64,000 nt of DNA from Dicyema japonicum (GCA_011109175.1 RDEW01000056.1:62001-126000); one strand, 5' to 3'; numbered from the stretch's first letter, positions 37,200-50,455 are shown. Notes: a model not told the origin generated them from the letters alone. Numbers and translations: made by a program.

Positions 37200-37950
37200 T
37201 GCGAGTATCAAATTTTTGTTTAGGATCTAATATCACTGGACATCCTCCATATTTGCCCCGTGTTTAGAAGATCAAAAGTTGACACAGTTTGTTTTCGATC
37301 TCGGATCTATCTTGCATTCGGAGATATCTTGTTCCCCTGGACATCGGATACAATTCTTCCTCTCATTGCATTTGTATGCAAAGTGTCCAATTTGTTGGCA
37401 GCTATAGCAAATCGAAGGCACTCTTCGCATCCATTTGCAAGTGACCACGTTTCCTCCAATGAAAAAGCAGCAACGGTCTATCGATTGTGGCAATGTGTGT
37501 TTTCCTAGATTCAAGGAACAGCTGGATTCCATTCTTTCTGAGACAAATGTTAAACTTTCGTTCCAAATCAGTCATGAACTGATACAACATACATTCAATT
37601 TTATAAGAAATTGGAACAAGCTGTCCCCGTTCAAATTTAGAATTACTTTCCATTAGCTAATTAGTCCATTTAAAACCCCCCAATCCACGTTGAGGCTAGA
37701 ACAGTACAAACATTATAGAGAAAGCTATGGTCCACCGATCGTACCCTTTCTTTACATCAATTAAACTGTTGAACAAACTTTTTCCATTTTGGTTTACTAA
37801 GAGAGAGTTTTCTACTTCAGTAATCTGCCTTCCAATGATATTGAGCGACTTTAAATTTTTATCTATTCCCACACCGTCTCCCAAAACGAGAGGTGTTTGT
37901 CATTTTCAAATCCAAACTCAGTTCTCTGGTCCTCATTGGTAGGGTTAGAA
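37200..37950 (-). mobile_element. LINE ORF1/gag-like remnant with CCHC knuckles
   Basis: CYSCQQIGHFAYKC followed by CIRCPGE...C and CVNF. Confidence 0.75.
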
Positions 37951-38989
37951 TAGAATCTCCACAATTTTCTTAAAAAACACAATTATCATTCCTGAGTGCC
38001 TTCTTCTCTTCATAAAATTATTATTTTCTCAATATCTTGATTCTGTGCTTGATAATAATAAAAACTTTGTTCGCTCGCCTTTCTCAGATTTCTTATATTT
38101 ATCTATCCTTTTCCCTTGGTTTTTTGATTAGGAAAGGTATTGGGAAAAATAAGGTTCTCATAAAGTTTAGAAATTTTCTTTTCTGGATTTTCTTTCCTAA
38201 AACTTGTCGTTGATATTCTTCATATTAGAAAACCATAAATCCCATTTGGCAACATCGGTAAATTTCTGTGAGTCACATTCAAAATGCGCATGCGTTACTC
38301 ACGTCGAGTCGAAAACATGATAGGAGCATTACGTCAAACCATTCATTTCATATGCTATGCTTCATAGACCCGTCTAGCTCTTGGACAAATTCCATGAAAA
38401 TCGAGGCTTGCAAAAAAATGGCTTCCAAAATTACGAATAGATGAACTTATAGAAATTCGCAGTCTTCAATGGCTCTCAAAACCTTAATAAGTAAGAACCG
38501 AGGAACGTGTCGTTGAGACTACAAGGAACCAGTTATTCGTAGACTTGCGTAGACATGAGGGAGGATCCAAGCTGAAGTCTCTTTTGGACCTGCTAGGATC
38601 ACTTGATTAGTTTATTTAGTGTTACTGTTGTCTTTAGAATTCATTTTCTTAAAAAAATAAAATTTCTTTGATAAAGTTATTTTTAATAAATTTGTCACTT
38701 CATCGCTCATATAAATTAAATTATTCATCTTTGATAGAATAAAATTATCATGTTTATTGGATGTCTGAGAAAAAATATTGTTTTTTAGTTTTTTGATTGT
38801 TATTTGTATATTGTTGTTGAAGCCTTTTGGTCCAAGAAAGTCCAGCATATATGTCATCGCTATCAAGTGGAAGCCTTTTGGTCCAAGATTCCTACGTATT
38901 ACAACCGGACTTTCTTGGGAAAAAGTCTTCGACAAAGCTCGTTGCGAATGGTGTGAAACGGTTTGGATATGCCGAACGATCCTTCGAGG

Positions 38990-39240
38990 CAACGTGACTG
39001 GGATGATATTTACTCCAAGAATATCTTCGATGTGCTAAAGTCTGAAGCCAACCAGCATCGTCTTGCATGCCTCATGTCCGCCGCCAACCATGGGAGCGGA
39101 GTGTGGCTGGATGCATCCCGTTTTCCTCCCTGGGGACCCATTGGACGATGACTGTATTCGGATTGGGATCGCACAACGCCTGCGAGCTGATGATGGCGTC
39201 GAACACCAATGTCGCTGTGGATCCCATTCGTATTCAGTTG
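38990..39240 (+). mobile_element. CRE-like LINE fragment (pre-RLE region)
   Basis: HRLACLMSAANHGSGVWLDA, LDDDCIRIGIAQRL, HQCRCG; parallels 26780-26960. Confidence 0.75.
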
Positions 39241-39460
39241 TATAATTGTAAAACCTCTCCATGGACCAGGATTGGTTTCGACGACTCCACATAGAAGAAT
39301 CAGAAATCTGAACAAATGGGGATACCAGACAGGGTCGAACACACAGGAGATGAAAAGACCACTGGACGGTGAGGAGAAGCTGTTGGCTATTTTCGTTCTT
39401 TTTTGGAATGGATGAAACCATTTCTGGTGTCCCACATGACACCACGCTAACCACATTTAT
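39215..39460 (-). mobile_element. 5' fragment of an APE-type LINE ORF2 with a 2A-like motif
   Basis: LILLCGVVETNPGP immediately followed by FTIIQLNTNGI (start of an APE domain). Confidence 0.7.
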
Positions 39461-40071
39461 TCCTCGAACCTTTTATAATTATAATTTTAGACTTTTTTGA
39501 TTAATGAATTAATGAAAATTAGATTATTATAATTATAAAATTATTATAAATATCATTTTTTTAATTATTAATACTAAATTCATCAATATAACAAGTAGAT
39601 ACTTCAACCAATTAGCCACGTAATAATAATAACCAATTAGCCACGTAAACCAACAAATTAAGTGATCCCGGTACGCCTCAACAGGAGCGAAAGGTTTTTA
39701 TACGTGCTAGTTTGCCAAATAGGGGATTGATCTTGATGAATTTGATTTCGAAGTTCCATAGGCCCATGAGGCACAAGCATACTCAATCGTCGGTTTTAGG
39801 AGTTGATTGAACACGACAAGGGCGCATTCCTGTCACGACCTTGACTTCAAGAGCAGTTTAATTATATTCAGTTTCCTTAGACCCTTTGTCAAAACGTTTT
39901 TCACATGTTGAGAAAATGTCATCAAAGGGTCAATTAAATTTTAGACTTTTTTGATTAACCAATTAATGAAAATTAAATTATTATAATTATAAAATTAATA
40001 TAAATATAATTTTTTTAATGATTAAAAATAACAAGTGACCTAATTTATACACATCGACGTGTTCACTTTAC

Positions 40072-41248
40072 ATGTTTATGTTATTGTTAATGATTTTGTT
40101 CTCAATCACGAAGTTCGACTTTATACATAAAATGTCAGTAAATTTTAAAAGTTTATTGAAAAGTACGGTTACAAATGTAATTTATAAATAATAATGGTAG
40201 ACAAGCGATAATTCAATTGAACGGATTTTTCATTTTTTTGAGGATGGAATGCCGTCTACAATCAAAATGAATAACTTGATCTACCAATTTTTTATTGAAT
40301 TCTCAGACGAATTTTACAACATCTCAATAAAAATAAAATTAAATTCTAGTATTTAATAGTTAACACATAAAGATAATCGAATCTATACAAATACAACAAA
40401 TGTTCAGAATATTAAACAAGGAAATTATTACAGATGCGGATTTATATCCGTAAATTTTGAGAATGGTGATACTCTCACATTATATGCTTTGGTGATAGAA
40501 TTTTACACTAATCGATCATATTCAGCTTTAATTGGAAAAGGTTTTATATAATTTAATTCAGCACATGACTGTGATCCATCTAACAATCCAAAAGTTCGAA
40601 ATTGGTATTTTATTTCGGAAAATCGACTCAAAGCTATATTAAGTGGGCATTTTAAAATCATAATTTTTCATAAACGTAGTGTTGAAATAGTAAGTTGTAT
40701 ATTTTAATATTAGATTAATGATTTAATAAGTTTTTTCGAGAATGTGGAAACGAAGATCAATTTTGATAACAAAAGTGTTGAGTTATCTCTTAAGGGGAGT
40801 CATTTTGAAATACTTTTTACATTTATTTTGTCTCAAGACAAATATTATATGTCTAAAATACAGTTAATCGTCAATAATATCTATATGGGTCTTGGAGTCT
40901 TAAAAAGACCAAATTGATTGATGTTGAAAATTCATGTTACTTTGAATTCTCTCTCACTAAATTTTCTGATGAAATATATGCTGAGTTTTCACAATTTAAG
41001 GCACAAATTCTTCGGGATGACTATAATTTCCGTTATACTGGAAAAGGTTTGATTTTTCATGAATTTTAGAGTTGAAATGTTTTGAAAAAATAACTCCTGG
41101 AAAAAATACAATTTCTAATCATTCAAAAATATATATAATTGTAGGATCTACACTCACCGTTTTAACATTTACAATCATCGGAGTCATCGCACTTGTTTTT
41201 AAGCGCCGAAATGTGATAAGACAAATGGTATATGTACCTATTCTTTAA
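40072..41248 (+). CDS. LAMP/CD68-like lysosomal membrane glycoprotein (two LAMP-like domains), 5 mini-introns, one frameshift near 40900
   Basis: Introns 40177-40200, 40349-40372, 40541-40561, 40690-40713, 41047-41069. Signal peptide MFMLLLMILFSI; domain ends GNYYRC...GKAHDC and ENSC...GKELKC; TM IYIIVGSTLTVLTFTIIGVIALVF; tail KRRNVIRQMVYVPIL* with a terminal YxxPhi motif; several N-x-S/T sequons. Confidence 0.8.
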
Positions 41249-41899
41249 CTGTTATAATTTACTCGTTGTTTCTTTTTTTAAATACTCCCAAGCACGTTGC
41301 ATAATAATTTCGTTAATCATCCTCTTCCAATTAGCTCTTTTCTTGTTTTCTCACTTACGTAGTCAAGGCATTCTGCAATTTCAACTCTTTCTGATATCGT
41401 GATTATGGGATACTTGCAGACAAGATCACAGTTTTTTTCTCTGAAAAATCTGATTCGTAATGTGGCATCTGCACCGTTTTGCATTCAAAATTATAGGATT
41501 CCAATTGAATGCTTAGGAGGCATCGCTAGTATTCGAGAACTTTAAATAACCAAATACAACAGCCTCTGACCAGATTTCATCAGTAGACCGTCGTCGTCCA
41601 AACGAGTGAAGTCATAGGGCCTTAGAAGATCTTTTTTTAAGATCGCTTAGGTCAATGATATCAACAACAACAACGATTTATTAACAAAAGAGTTAAGGAG
41701 TTTTCTGGAGAATATTACATCTGAGTCCTACCATAAGGCATGGAATCCACACCTGGACATTATTCCTTTTTTTATTAATTTTTCTCAGGACGTTTTTCCC
41801 AGCTTTATATACGTGTCCTGGATCTTTGATCTTCTCCTGAATCCATTGATCTAATCCTCCATAATCCTGCTAATCGGTTCTAAGAGCTTGTTTTCGTCC

Positions 41900-43245
41900 T
41901 CGCTTAGACAGTCTTTCAATTTCTTGTTTAAGGAGAGCTTAATTGCAGCTCTCCTAGTCTTCTCTAAGAGGGATAAAATCTTCTCCCTTTTCAGAGAGAA
42001 AAACCACCCTTCGCACCCATAAAGTAGGCTAGGAAGAATAACTTCCTTGAAGATGAACGTGTAACTTTAGGTAGGTGTCGCAGCTAACATGTAACTTACG
42101 TGTACATAGGAGAGACTGAAAGGCTCTCTTTCTCCACCCTTTTATGTCGTCCATGTAATCTCCTGCGTGTCCATAGTCGACCCCCAGGTAGCGCAGACTG
42201 TGTGAATTGTTTACTCCCAGTGTGTATTCTTGTTTCAGGTGCTTTTTCACATTGCTTATTCTGATTGCGCAGGATTTTTCAGCAGAAAGCTTTAGCCTTT
42301 TCAAGTTGCACAAATGCTCAATCTGGTCAACATACTCCCGAATTCCTTCTTCAGATATAGAAGATTTTAGAGATGTGTCCACCACGATTACGTCATCCGC
42401 ATAAATAAGAAGACTAGTATTAATATTCCTCGGACGCGGAAAACTCGCCATGAATATGTTAAACAAAATAAGGCTTAACACCTAACTTTGTGGTACTCCC
42501 TTCTTGAATGATATTGCATCGGATATATTTCCACACACCTTCACAAAAGAATGTCTTTCCAGAAGATAATTTCTTATCCGAATAAATAAATATCTTTGAA
42601 CACATGCTGATACAAGCTGTTTTAACAACGCTTATAGCATCACTGTCGAATACTTTCGAGATATCAAGACATAATAAGTTTATTTACATTTTGGAATCCC
42701 TTGCTTCATGATTTCAGAATTCAGTAGAAAGAAACAGTCTGCACAGCCTCTTCCGGGACGAAAACCCCACTGTTCAGAAATCAGAAAGTCATTCTCTTCG
42801 ATATGTCTCCTTGCCTTTTGAAAATGATACGTTCACACACTTTCGCTAAAGAACATATTAAGCTAGTTGGTCTGTACCTTGCCGGATCTCTCTTGGCATT
42901 CCTGGTTTTGGAATTATCCTCACAACAGCTTTCTTCCATATTAAAGTGAGGTGGCCAAGTCGTAAACAACCATCATAAAGACATCGCGGATAGTCAAATA
43001 CAATATCTGGACACTTTTTAATAAGTTTCTTTGACATGTGGACACATCCTGGAACATTAACCTTGCATTCTCTGATAGCTGTCATCACTTCAAAGACGCT
43101 GACTGTTATCAGTAATAGGCAGTTCCTCGTCAATTTGTTTAAATATATCGCCAGACACCTTCTTTTGTCATCAGGAATCAAACTCAACGGAACCACGCCC
43201 TGATTTTTGGAGCTGATCCCTGAATATATAAATATGTTTCCTCCG
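41900..43245 (-). mobile_element. Decayed LINE RT (CR1/Jockey-like)
   Basis: YRPTSLICSLAKVCERII, GFRPGRGC, KKGVPQS, LIYADDV, LRYLGV. Confidence 0.8.
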
Positions 43246-43247
43246 TT

Positions 43248-43440
43248 ATGCATACTCCCCCGTCTCCTTTATTCAATATAATTTTTTTGGAGCCATTGAG
43301 TCGCCCCCTCAATGACCGGTTTGAGCAAATACCAGTTCATTGTGAGGGAGTTTGTTTCAGAACAAATCACCTTCTTTTTATCTATGACCTGAAGATGTAT
43401 GCTCGAACAGCCGAGGAGCTCCACTCCATGGGAGTCTGTG
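43248..43440 (+). mobile_element. R4/Dong-like RT fragment (same family as 60700-63270)
   Basis: LEPLSRPLNDRFEQIPVHCEG...HLLFIYDLKMYART; near match to 61590-61740. Confidence 0.85.
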
Positions 43441-43479
43441 TAAACCGAAATATTTTGAAAACTTGTAAAACGAAATAAG

Positions 43480-44098
43480 AATTGTAAACCGAAATATTTT
43501 GAGTTTCCACTTTTGTTTGGTGAAATTACTCTAAAGATTTTATGATGCCAATATCCAAGGGTTGAAGCAATCCTGTACTATTTTTTGTAAGAAACAATAT
43601 TTTTATAAATTCGGTTCAGCGGGACACAATGTGCTGGGCAGTTGTCAATCGATAGTAAAGTTTATTCTTGAGCTGAATATCAAAACCAATCCATAGACAT
43701 CCAGTCAAATTCGAAAACATCGAGGGATTATTGGTCTTGCAATCGTCACAAGTTCCAACTTATGCCTTCTGCTCATGTTTGAACAAAGCATAACAGAGAC
43801 ACGGTAATTTTTAGAATCTTTCAGAATAGTGTCCTTCTTCAGTAAAAGATTATTTATTGTTCGAGAATCTATCTGCTAACTCTTGGCACGAAATATCATC
43901 ATTTCTCTATAATTTACAATTTGAGTTTTTTCGTTAAAAGCAAGGCGCATATAGAGTCCACGAGAGGAATTAGAAAACACGTTTCAATTAAATTTTTATT
44001 TTTTCCAATTTTATTAAAAATTGGCCAATTAATAAGGAGAATAGGACTTAACTAATAATCTGAAAATTTTTGAAAAATGTTTTTGCGAGGTTTGACTG
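43480..44098 (-). mobile_element. Decayed pogo/Tigger transposon
   Basis: Minus-strand RVSVMLCSN, PRCF, IDNCPAH and LQPLDIGIIKS DDE remnants; CAGTCAAACCTC terminus near 44098. Confidence 0.7.
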
Positions 44099-44799
44099 GA
44101 CTGTATAATACAGTGATGTTTAATGTCACATACCACTACGGTTACAATAAAATAAACTTTAAAGTATTTGACATTTTTAATGCATTAAGCTAATTAAAGA
44201 CAAAAACTAACAATTTCTAGCTGCTCTCATAACCGTTACTAGAGGCAATACCACATCAGTTATGCAATCCCATGATGATTTGCACGGAAATGCGCTCAAT
44301 AAGCCAGCTCATTTCTCTTCTACCATTTTCATCTTCGCAATGAGCGATCCGATGATCTTTATTATTAACGATCTTTATTCACAGCCCTGATTGACCTTAT
44401 TTGCCACTTTAACCGTAGTGGCATGCGACATTTAAAATTATTTTTATTGAAGTTCCTAGCGTTTTCAATATTTTTTTAGCATTTTAATGGCTCTTTTACA
44501 TATGAGGATGCTTGACATTGTGATAAAACAAGGTAATCCTCGTTACAAAATTTTAGCCTAGTCATCTCAATAATATTTCCAAGAAGATAAATGGAAGAGA
44601 GAATGCTCCAAACTCTATCGTAATAATCCTAAATTCTGGAAACTTTTTTCAAAAATGATTTCTTTGGATAGGAAAGGTGAAGAGATAAATCTCAAGTCTC
44701 GTGAGGGCTCTCGGATCGCGAAAGAAAAAATTCCAAATGTCTTAAGACAACAGCTCGCAGAGGTATAAGAATTGGATCCTCTGTTAATTATTACACCGA

Positions 44800-45380
44800 G
44801 GAATGCAAACTAGTTTTCTTGAAGAGGAGCCATTCCCGCTTGTGGAGAGGCCTTTTTGTAGAACAATTTCTATGGTGGAGATAATTCTATTGATGGATGC
44901 AAAAATAAAGCTCCTGAATGGGAATTTGTCTCCTGACTGTATTCAAAAATGCTGGAATGCCATTATTGAAAACGTTATGGACATTATTTATTCTTCGTAG
45001 TGTTCTATACATGTTCCTTCTACGTGGAAGAACTCATTTGTACGGATGATCCCGAAGAAGGGAAATTATAGTTTAAATCCAGAAAACTATAGGCTAATAA
45101 GCTGATGTCCAGTATCTCAAAAATCATGGAAAAATTATTTTCAACAGATTATCAAAGTATATTGAAGATAACAAATTTTTCTCGATGATGAGGGACTGGA
45201 GATTGTTTCTCAATATTATCAAATTTTATGCCCACCAGAGGGACTGGAAATTGTTTCTCAATATTATCAACTTTTATATGTGTTGCTAAAAAGAATGGAG
45301 AATGTCTTACGGCCGTATGTCTAGACATATCAAAGGCTTTGGCATGCTGGGTTGTTGAAGACTGTCAAATTTTAATGTTG
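44800..45380 (+). mobile_element. Decayed LINE RT fragment with internal ~49-bp tandem duplication
   Basis: NPENYRLIS and CLDISKA; GAGGGACTGGA(G/A)ATTGTTTCTCAATATTATCAA occurs twice at ~45190-45270. Confidence 0.65.
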
Positions 45381-45384
45381 GGAG

Positions 45385-47790
45385 TAGATTTTTGTCAATA
45401 AAGTCATAAATTGATGTGTTCTTTAAAATTGTTTTTAAACTTAAAAATGTATTTTTTAATCATTATTTTCAGGGTTGTTAAAAATCATGATTTTTATGAA
45501 AAAAATCGAAAAAATCTGATTTTTTGAATTAAATAATTTTTATTCGGAAACACAGTAAAATAAAAATAAAAACAATGGAAATCGTATTTATTTAAAAGCT
45601 TGTAAACAAAGACAAGTTTGGCAGCTTTCTCAATTCCAGCCTAATTTGTACATTTGAATGTAAGAATCCAAAAGTCAAAAAAATTTGTCCTATTCCACCT
45701 GTGGAAGCGACTGCTCCAAGAATTTTTTTGCAAAGTGAAATTACTTCAGAAGGTAACTGGTAAGAGTTCCACCAAGCTATAGGTGATACTTTGCTCAATA
45801 AATTCGGAGCGAACATGTATTAATTTGAATGGATAAGCTTTTGCTCTGAAATTAATCAGAGTCGGAAGAGCACATTATAATGTTCAGCAATACTCCAAGG
45901 CGAGGTCAATCTCAGCAGTTGAAAGAGATCTCCCACAACGTGTTGGGTCCATTAGATTCGCAAGTACTGGAAAGGTGTTAATCTGTTCGAGTTTTCACTT
46001 TTTCTAAAATAGTAGTACATTCATAGTCAAGTCTGTTCAAGTTCTTTCCAAATTTCTAAAGCATGACTAATCGTCGTAAAATCATTTTGAATTTTGTCTA
46101 AAGCGACAGCAATTGGTTTAATCAGCCGTTTTAGGCAAATATTTTTTACTTTGGAAGCAATCTCTGTATCAATATTCGATCTGTGTTCCTCACAAATTCT
46201 CAAAATGGTTTCTTTAACGTCAGCTACTTCGACATCCTTTGAGATAATGTGCCGAGCAACCAGATGTGGTAATTTCATCGTCATCTTGCATCATATCCGC
46301 CTCATATTTGCAGCATTGTCCGTTACAAGACTCCCGATTTTACATCCAAACCGTTGTTCGGCGGACTTCGCAGAGGCTAAAGCAACAGATTGAAGATACT
46401 TCGCGGTGTGGCTATATCCAGAGGTGTCCACAGTGTCAATTAAATAGCTTTCTCCATCCGATGTTACAACTGACAGGTTCATTATGAATGCCACCGTCCA
46501 AAATCATAGACACTGTTTTGTCCTGGAGTTTTTGTCGACAGTCTTCATGTATCTGGTCGTACACAAGATCGAGCAATGGACCATTATTTGATGACGAGAG
46601 GTTAAACGATACCTAGGAAGAAGCAGTTGGGCGAATTTGACAAATTCCGGATGTTCTACAGCAGGAAAAGGGGTGTTACTTAAATATATGTATCTAGCGA
46701 GTTGCATGTCAATCAAATTTTTCTTCGATGATGTCGTCATAGTAACGAAATTGATTAAAGACTGGTCCCTCATCATTGGGAGGAATTCGCTGATCAAATC
46801 ATTTTTAGGTTTTGACGGATTTTCAGGGTTGTCAATATTAGTTCGACATAAAAAATGATGCTGCCTTATCCGAGATACAAGATCTTGTACCTCCTTCACG
46901 CAATTATGGTATCTGGCTCGACTCCCGGTCTTTCCAGGAATAATACGTTTATCGAAGTGAACCCACAACGCATCACGCTTTCTTCCAGACATTAAAAAAT
47001 TTAAATATTTTTTTAATGATTTAAATCATTGATTTTTTTGTTGATTAAAATCAAATGATTTAAATCTAACAACCCTGATTATTTTGTTTAAAAATCAAAA
47101 ATATTATATAAGTCAAAATTTAATTTTTTAGGTCAATAAAGTCAAAATTTTTATTGATTTTGATGTTTTTAAATAAAATACTAGCGTGGAATCAATTATC
47201 ATCAATAACTGTAATGCTGCGTTCAATCAAGAATGACACTGAAAAGATTAACCCAGTTGTTTGAAAATATCCTGATGAATTTTTTATCAACTCACAAGGA
47301 AATCTTATTTAAAATTTGTGTGGGACATTTGTATCTGCAAATAAGCATTTTTTATAGAATCGAATAATCGTCTAAGAAGCATATCAAATTAGCAGGTTTA
47401 TTATTTTTATTACTATTTTAAAGGTGTCAATATTATAAAAACCCATTGATTTTCTCGTCCCATAACCTACACATGGGTCGATAAAGTCACTAAAGCTTTT
47501 GTCGAATCCGATATTCCTTTGCATAAGTTGAATAGTAAAGCTTACGAGACTTGTTTGAGAGTATTGGAGTTATCTTTTGATAAGTTTTTTTTATTACTAT
47601 CTAAAGACCGAAATTTTAAAAACGAAAACGTTTTGAATTACATTATTCTGTATTTTAATAAAGATTTTGATTAGTTTTTTATATTATAAAAGATTTTTTG
47701 TAGATAAATTTATCACATAGTCAAAAAAAGTCAAAATTTTGAAATTTTAAAATCAATAAAGTCAATTTTTAAATCAAAATTTCCGATTTA
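45385..47790 (+). mobile_element. Degenerate hAT derivative hosting the 45470-47077 element
   Basis: AAGTCAA subterminal repeats on both sides; TWVDKVTKAFVESDIPLHKLN near 47470 resembles the 28.9 kb hAT (EAFVKANIPLYKLN). TIRs not clearly identified. Confidence 0.45.
45470..47077 (-). mobile_element. Complete hAT transposon (1608 bp), BED-finger/DUF659-like transposase, decayed
   Basis: Perfect 11-bp TIR CAGGGTTGTTA; perfect 8-bp TSD ATTATTTT (45462-45469, 47078-47085); MSGRKRDALWVHF, PFPAVEHPEF, LVTDNAANM, PIAWWNS. Confidence 0.93.
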
Positions 47791-48500
47791 CAAGTCGAAG
47801 TAAAATCGCCCTAGTTGGGAGCAAAGCACTAGTTTGGATGAAGGATTTTATTTCTGGTAGAGAATCTTTTAAACGTGTTGGAAATCTTATATCTAAGAAA
47901 ATTTTGTTAAAAAGAGGGGTACACAAGAGGTCTGTCTTAAGTCCCCTCTTATTCAATTGTGTTATGTGTGAAATACCGAAGGTTGAACACTAAAATTCGA
48001 AACTGCTTATTTATGCTGATGATATTCTTCTGCTTGACATTTATAAATTGATTTCCTGGAAACGTGTTTCAACACATTTCGAAAAAATTAAATGCTGGTG
48101 CCGACATAAAGTTTTATCCTTATCTCTTGAAAATTGTACTGCTTCATGGATTGTGAATAAGAAAAATAAGTCAAAAATTTGTATTAACACTGGAGCAATC
48201 AAATGCATGGAACAGTTGCAATATCTTGGTGTTTGTTTGAACTCAAAGGCTTCCTTTATAAATTACATCGAGAAAAAAAGGATAAAAGCTACATCGATGT
48301 TGAAATAGATTCTACGTTTTCAATTGAGTACAACAAAAATTTTTTTTTATTTTTAAAACCAAGAATCACCGACAAAATAAAAATAAAAGAGATTGGGCCA
48401 TCAGGTGATCCCAAGATTAGAAAGATAATTGTGATCTTATCCGGTCTTTTAGAATAGGTTGTTAATGACTCAATACATTTCTCACTTTTTTCAGTGAAGT
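47790..48500 (+). mobile_element. Decayed LINE RT fragment
   Basis: GVHKRSVLSPLLFN, LIYADDILL, LQYLGVCL. Confidence 0.7.
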
Positions 48501-49292
48501 GAATCATATCAGGTTCCTTTTTCTGTTCACTGAGATATAAAGGGACTTCGAATTGTCCTTATGGGATATTTACACGTAATATTTTATTAGGTTATTCAAA
48601 TCCTTTAGGCTGTGATTCACCTCGGATGATCTTTTATTTTTTTTGAAACGTCTCGAATAGTCTTCTAAACTCTTTAGGCTGTGATCCACCTCAGATGATC
48701 TTTCATCTTCTCCTGAGACGTCTAGAATCTCTCTGCTTTTTTAATTCATTATTCAAAGCCCTCAGTCTAAGCTTATTCTCAGTAGTTAATAGATCAGACT
48801 TTTTGAGTTCGTTTTTTCCTTGATTAATGCCGACCTGCCTTATCCCCTGGCGTAGTTAAGGCGGTGTTTAGGTACAAATAGTGATCTTGCATCCAGGATA
48901 GTACGGTTTACATAAGCGAATATTTTGTCCATGGAAATAGTGCCGTCCAGGTAAAGGTACTGCAGTAGATTGTCAGTATGTTACGGTAAGTCTCCAGTCT
49001 ACACGTTTGTAGTTGAATTGTTCTGGGAACCTTCTCCCACTTGAAGTTTCTCTCTTAAATTAAGATTATTCCTAAGACCAAGGGTATCCAAATTAACTAA
49101 CTCATTGATCCTGACTCGTTCCAGCGTTCCAGAACTTGTCTCCAGGTAACGACATTGAACCGGGGGAGAATAGTTGAATCCTCTTGATGAAGGCCAGGCA
49201 TTGGGCGTCTCCACAGTAAGGTGGATCCAATGATGCCATCAGAGGGAAGGAAAATAACTTTTGACCAACTAGCCACATAGCACCACATAAGG
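48500..49292 (-). mobile_element. I/Jockey-like LINE pieces: a 3' end (49060-49292) followed by an ORF2 fragment
   Basis: FNYKRVDW motif; 49075-49292 matches 58245-58450 and ends in GGTCTTAGGAATAA, like the element at 1033. Confidence 0.6.
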
Positions 49293-49620
49293 CAGAGGTC
49301 GGCAACTTTTTCAGCCAAAAATCCAATTTTTTGTTTTTGTGGCAACTAAAAAATTGAAGAGCCACTTTAAAAAAACATAATACTTTTTAAAATAATAATA
49401 AAAATAACAAAATTATATTTAATTGACCATTTCCTTCGCCAATAGTGTTATGTTTGGGTCGTAATTTGTCATTTTAACAAGATTCCAAATTTGCATCAGT
49501 ATTTGACTCCTTAATATTGATTTTATTAAATTCATATGTGAAAACGCTTGCTCAGACAAATAAATAGACCCGAATATCGAGAGGACGATATGATATGAAT
49601 CTGGTCTCCATGTATTCATG
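49293..49620 (-). mobile_element. Charlie-type hAT 3' fragment with terminus
   Basis: Terminus CAGAGGTCGGCAACTTTTTCAGCCAAAA at 49293; SIFGSIYLSEQAFSHMNLIKS...YDPNI dimerisation-region motif. Confidence 0.8.
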
Positions 49621-50314
49621 TATGCACCGGCAATGTTTTCTCCACAAGTTAGACCCTTTACGGAAACAATGCCAAAAGTTCTTCTCTAAGAAAGTCCCGA
49701 GGAACATAAGGTATTAATAGGAACACCTAATATAATATTAAGTTCATAAAACCTGACTTTTTGTGGTTGAAAGTTTCCTGGCAAAAGATACATTTTGGAA
49801 GGTGATCTGATATAAGGGCAAGAGTCTCAGTCCATTGAAATTGCTTATTTTCATATTATTTTCCACGTGAAGCCAAAGTTAGTGTGGTGCTATGTGGCTA
49901 CATGAATTGTAGATTATATGTTTGATTTTCTTTTCCTCCTCTTCCCTTTTGACTCCAGGGAGCTTCAATTGTTACCGTGCGTCGTGTGGTTCACCATCTC
50001 TGGTGGCGCCAGATAAAATCCTAAATTATATCCAAAAAAAACTATTAGTCAACACCCATCCAGAGTAGTTCCCCCTGGACGGCATCTCCTTCAAGTCCGA
50101 ATATGAGAAAACTGCTGAGGAGCCGGGATCACCTGAATTTTTTTCATTCTGGCTATGATGGTGTTTTTTGGTTCAATAAATTTAAATTTATAAACATATT
50201 GAAGAGCCACAAACAGAATTTATGATTAAGCAAATAAAATTTTTAAAATTAAAAATGAAAAAAATATGTAATTATTTAAATAAAAATAACAATTTGATAT
50301 AAATAGCATTTATC

Positions 50315-50455
50315 TGGAAGACCAAGAACAACCATCTCGGTCGTTTTAACAAGGCGATCTGAAAACCGTAAAGAAAACATTGACATCTGGCGACGACCTG
50401 GACACACTGAGGAATCTGGCTAAGAACAGAAAAGCCTGGAACAAGTTAAGTTAAC
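50315..50455 (+). mobile_element. RTE LINE 3' end fragment
   Basis: GRPRTTI...TLTSGDDLDTLRNLAKNRKAWNKL, like the C-termini of the 2.3 kb and 17.8 kb elements. Confidence 0.75.

Noticed and set aside
38819-38888. 19-bp direct repeat GAAGCCTTTTGGTCCAAGA with a 32-nt spacer, CRISPR-like spacing
   Set aside because: Only two copies, eukaryotic TE context, no cas genes; a local duplication.
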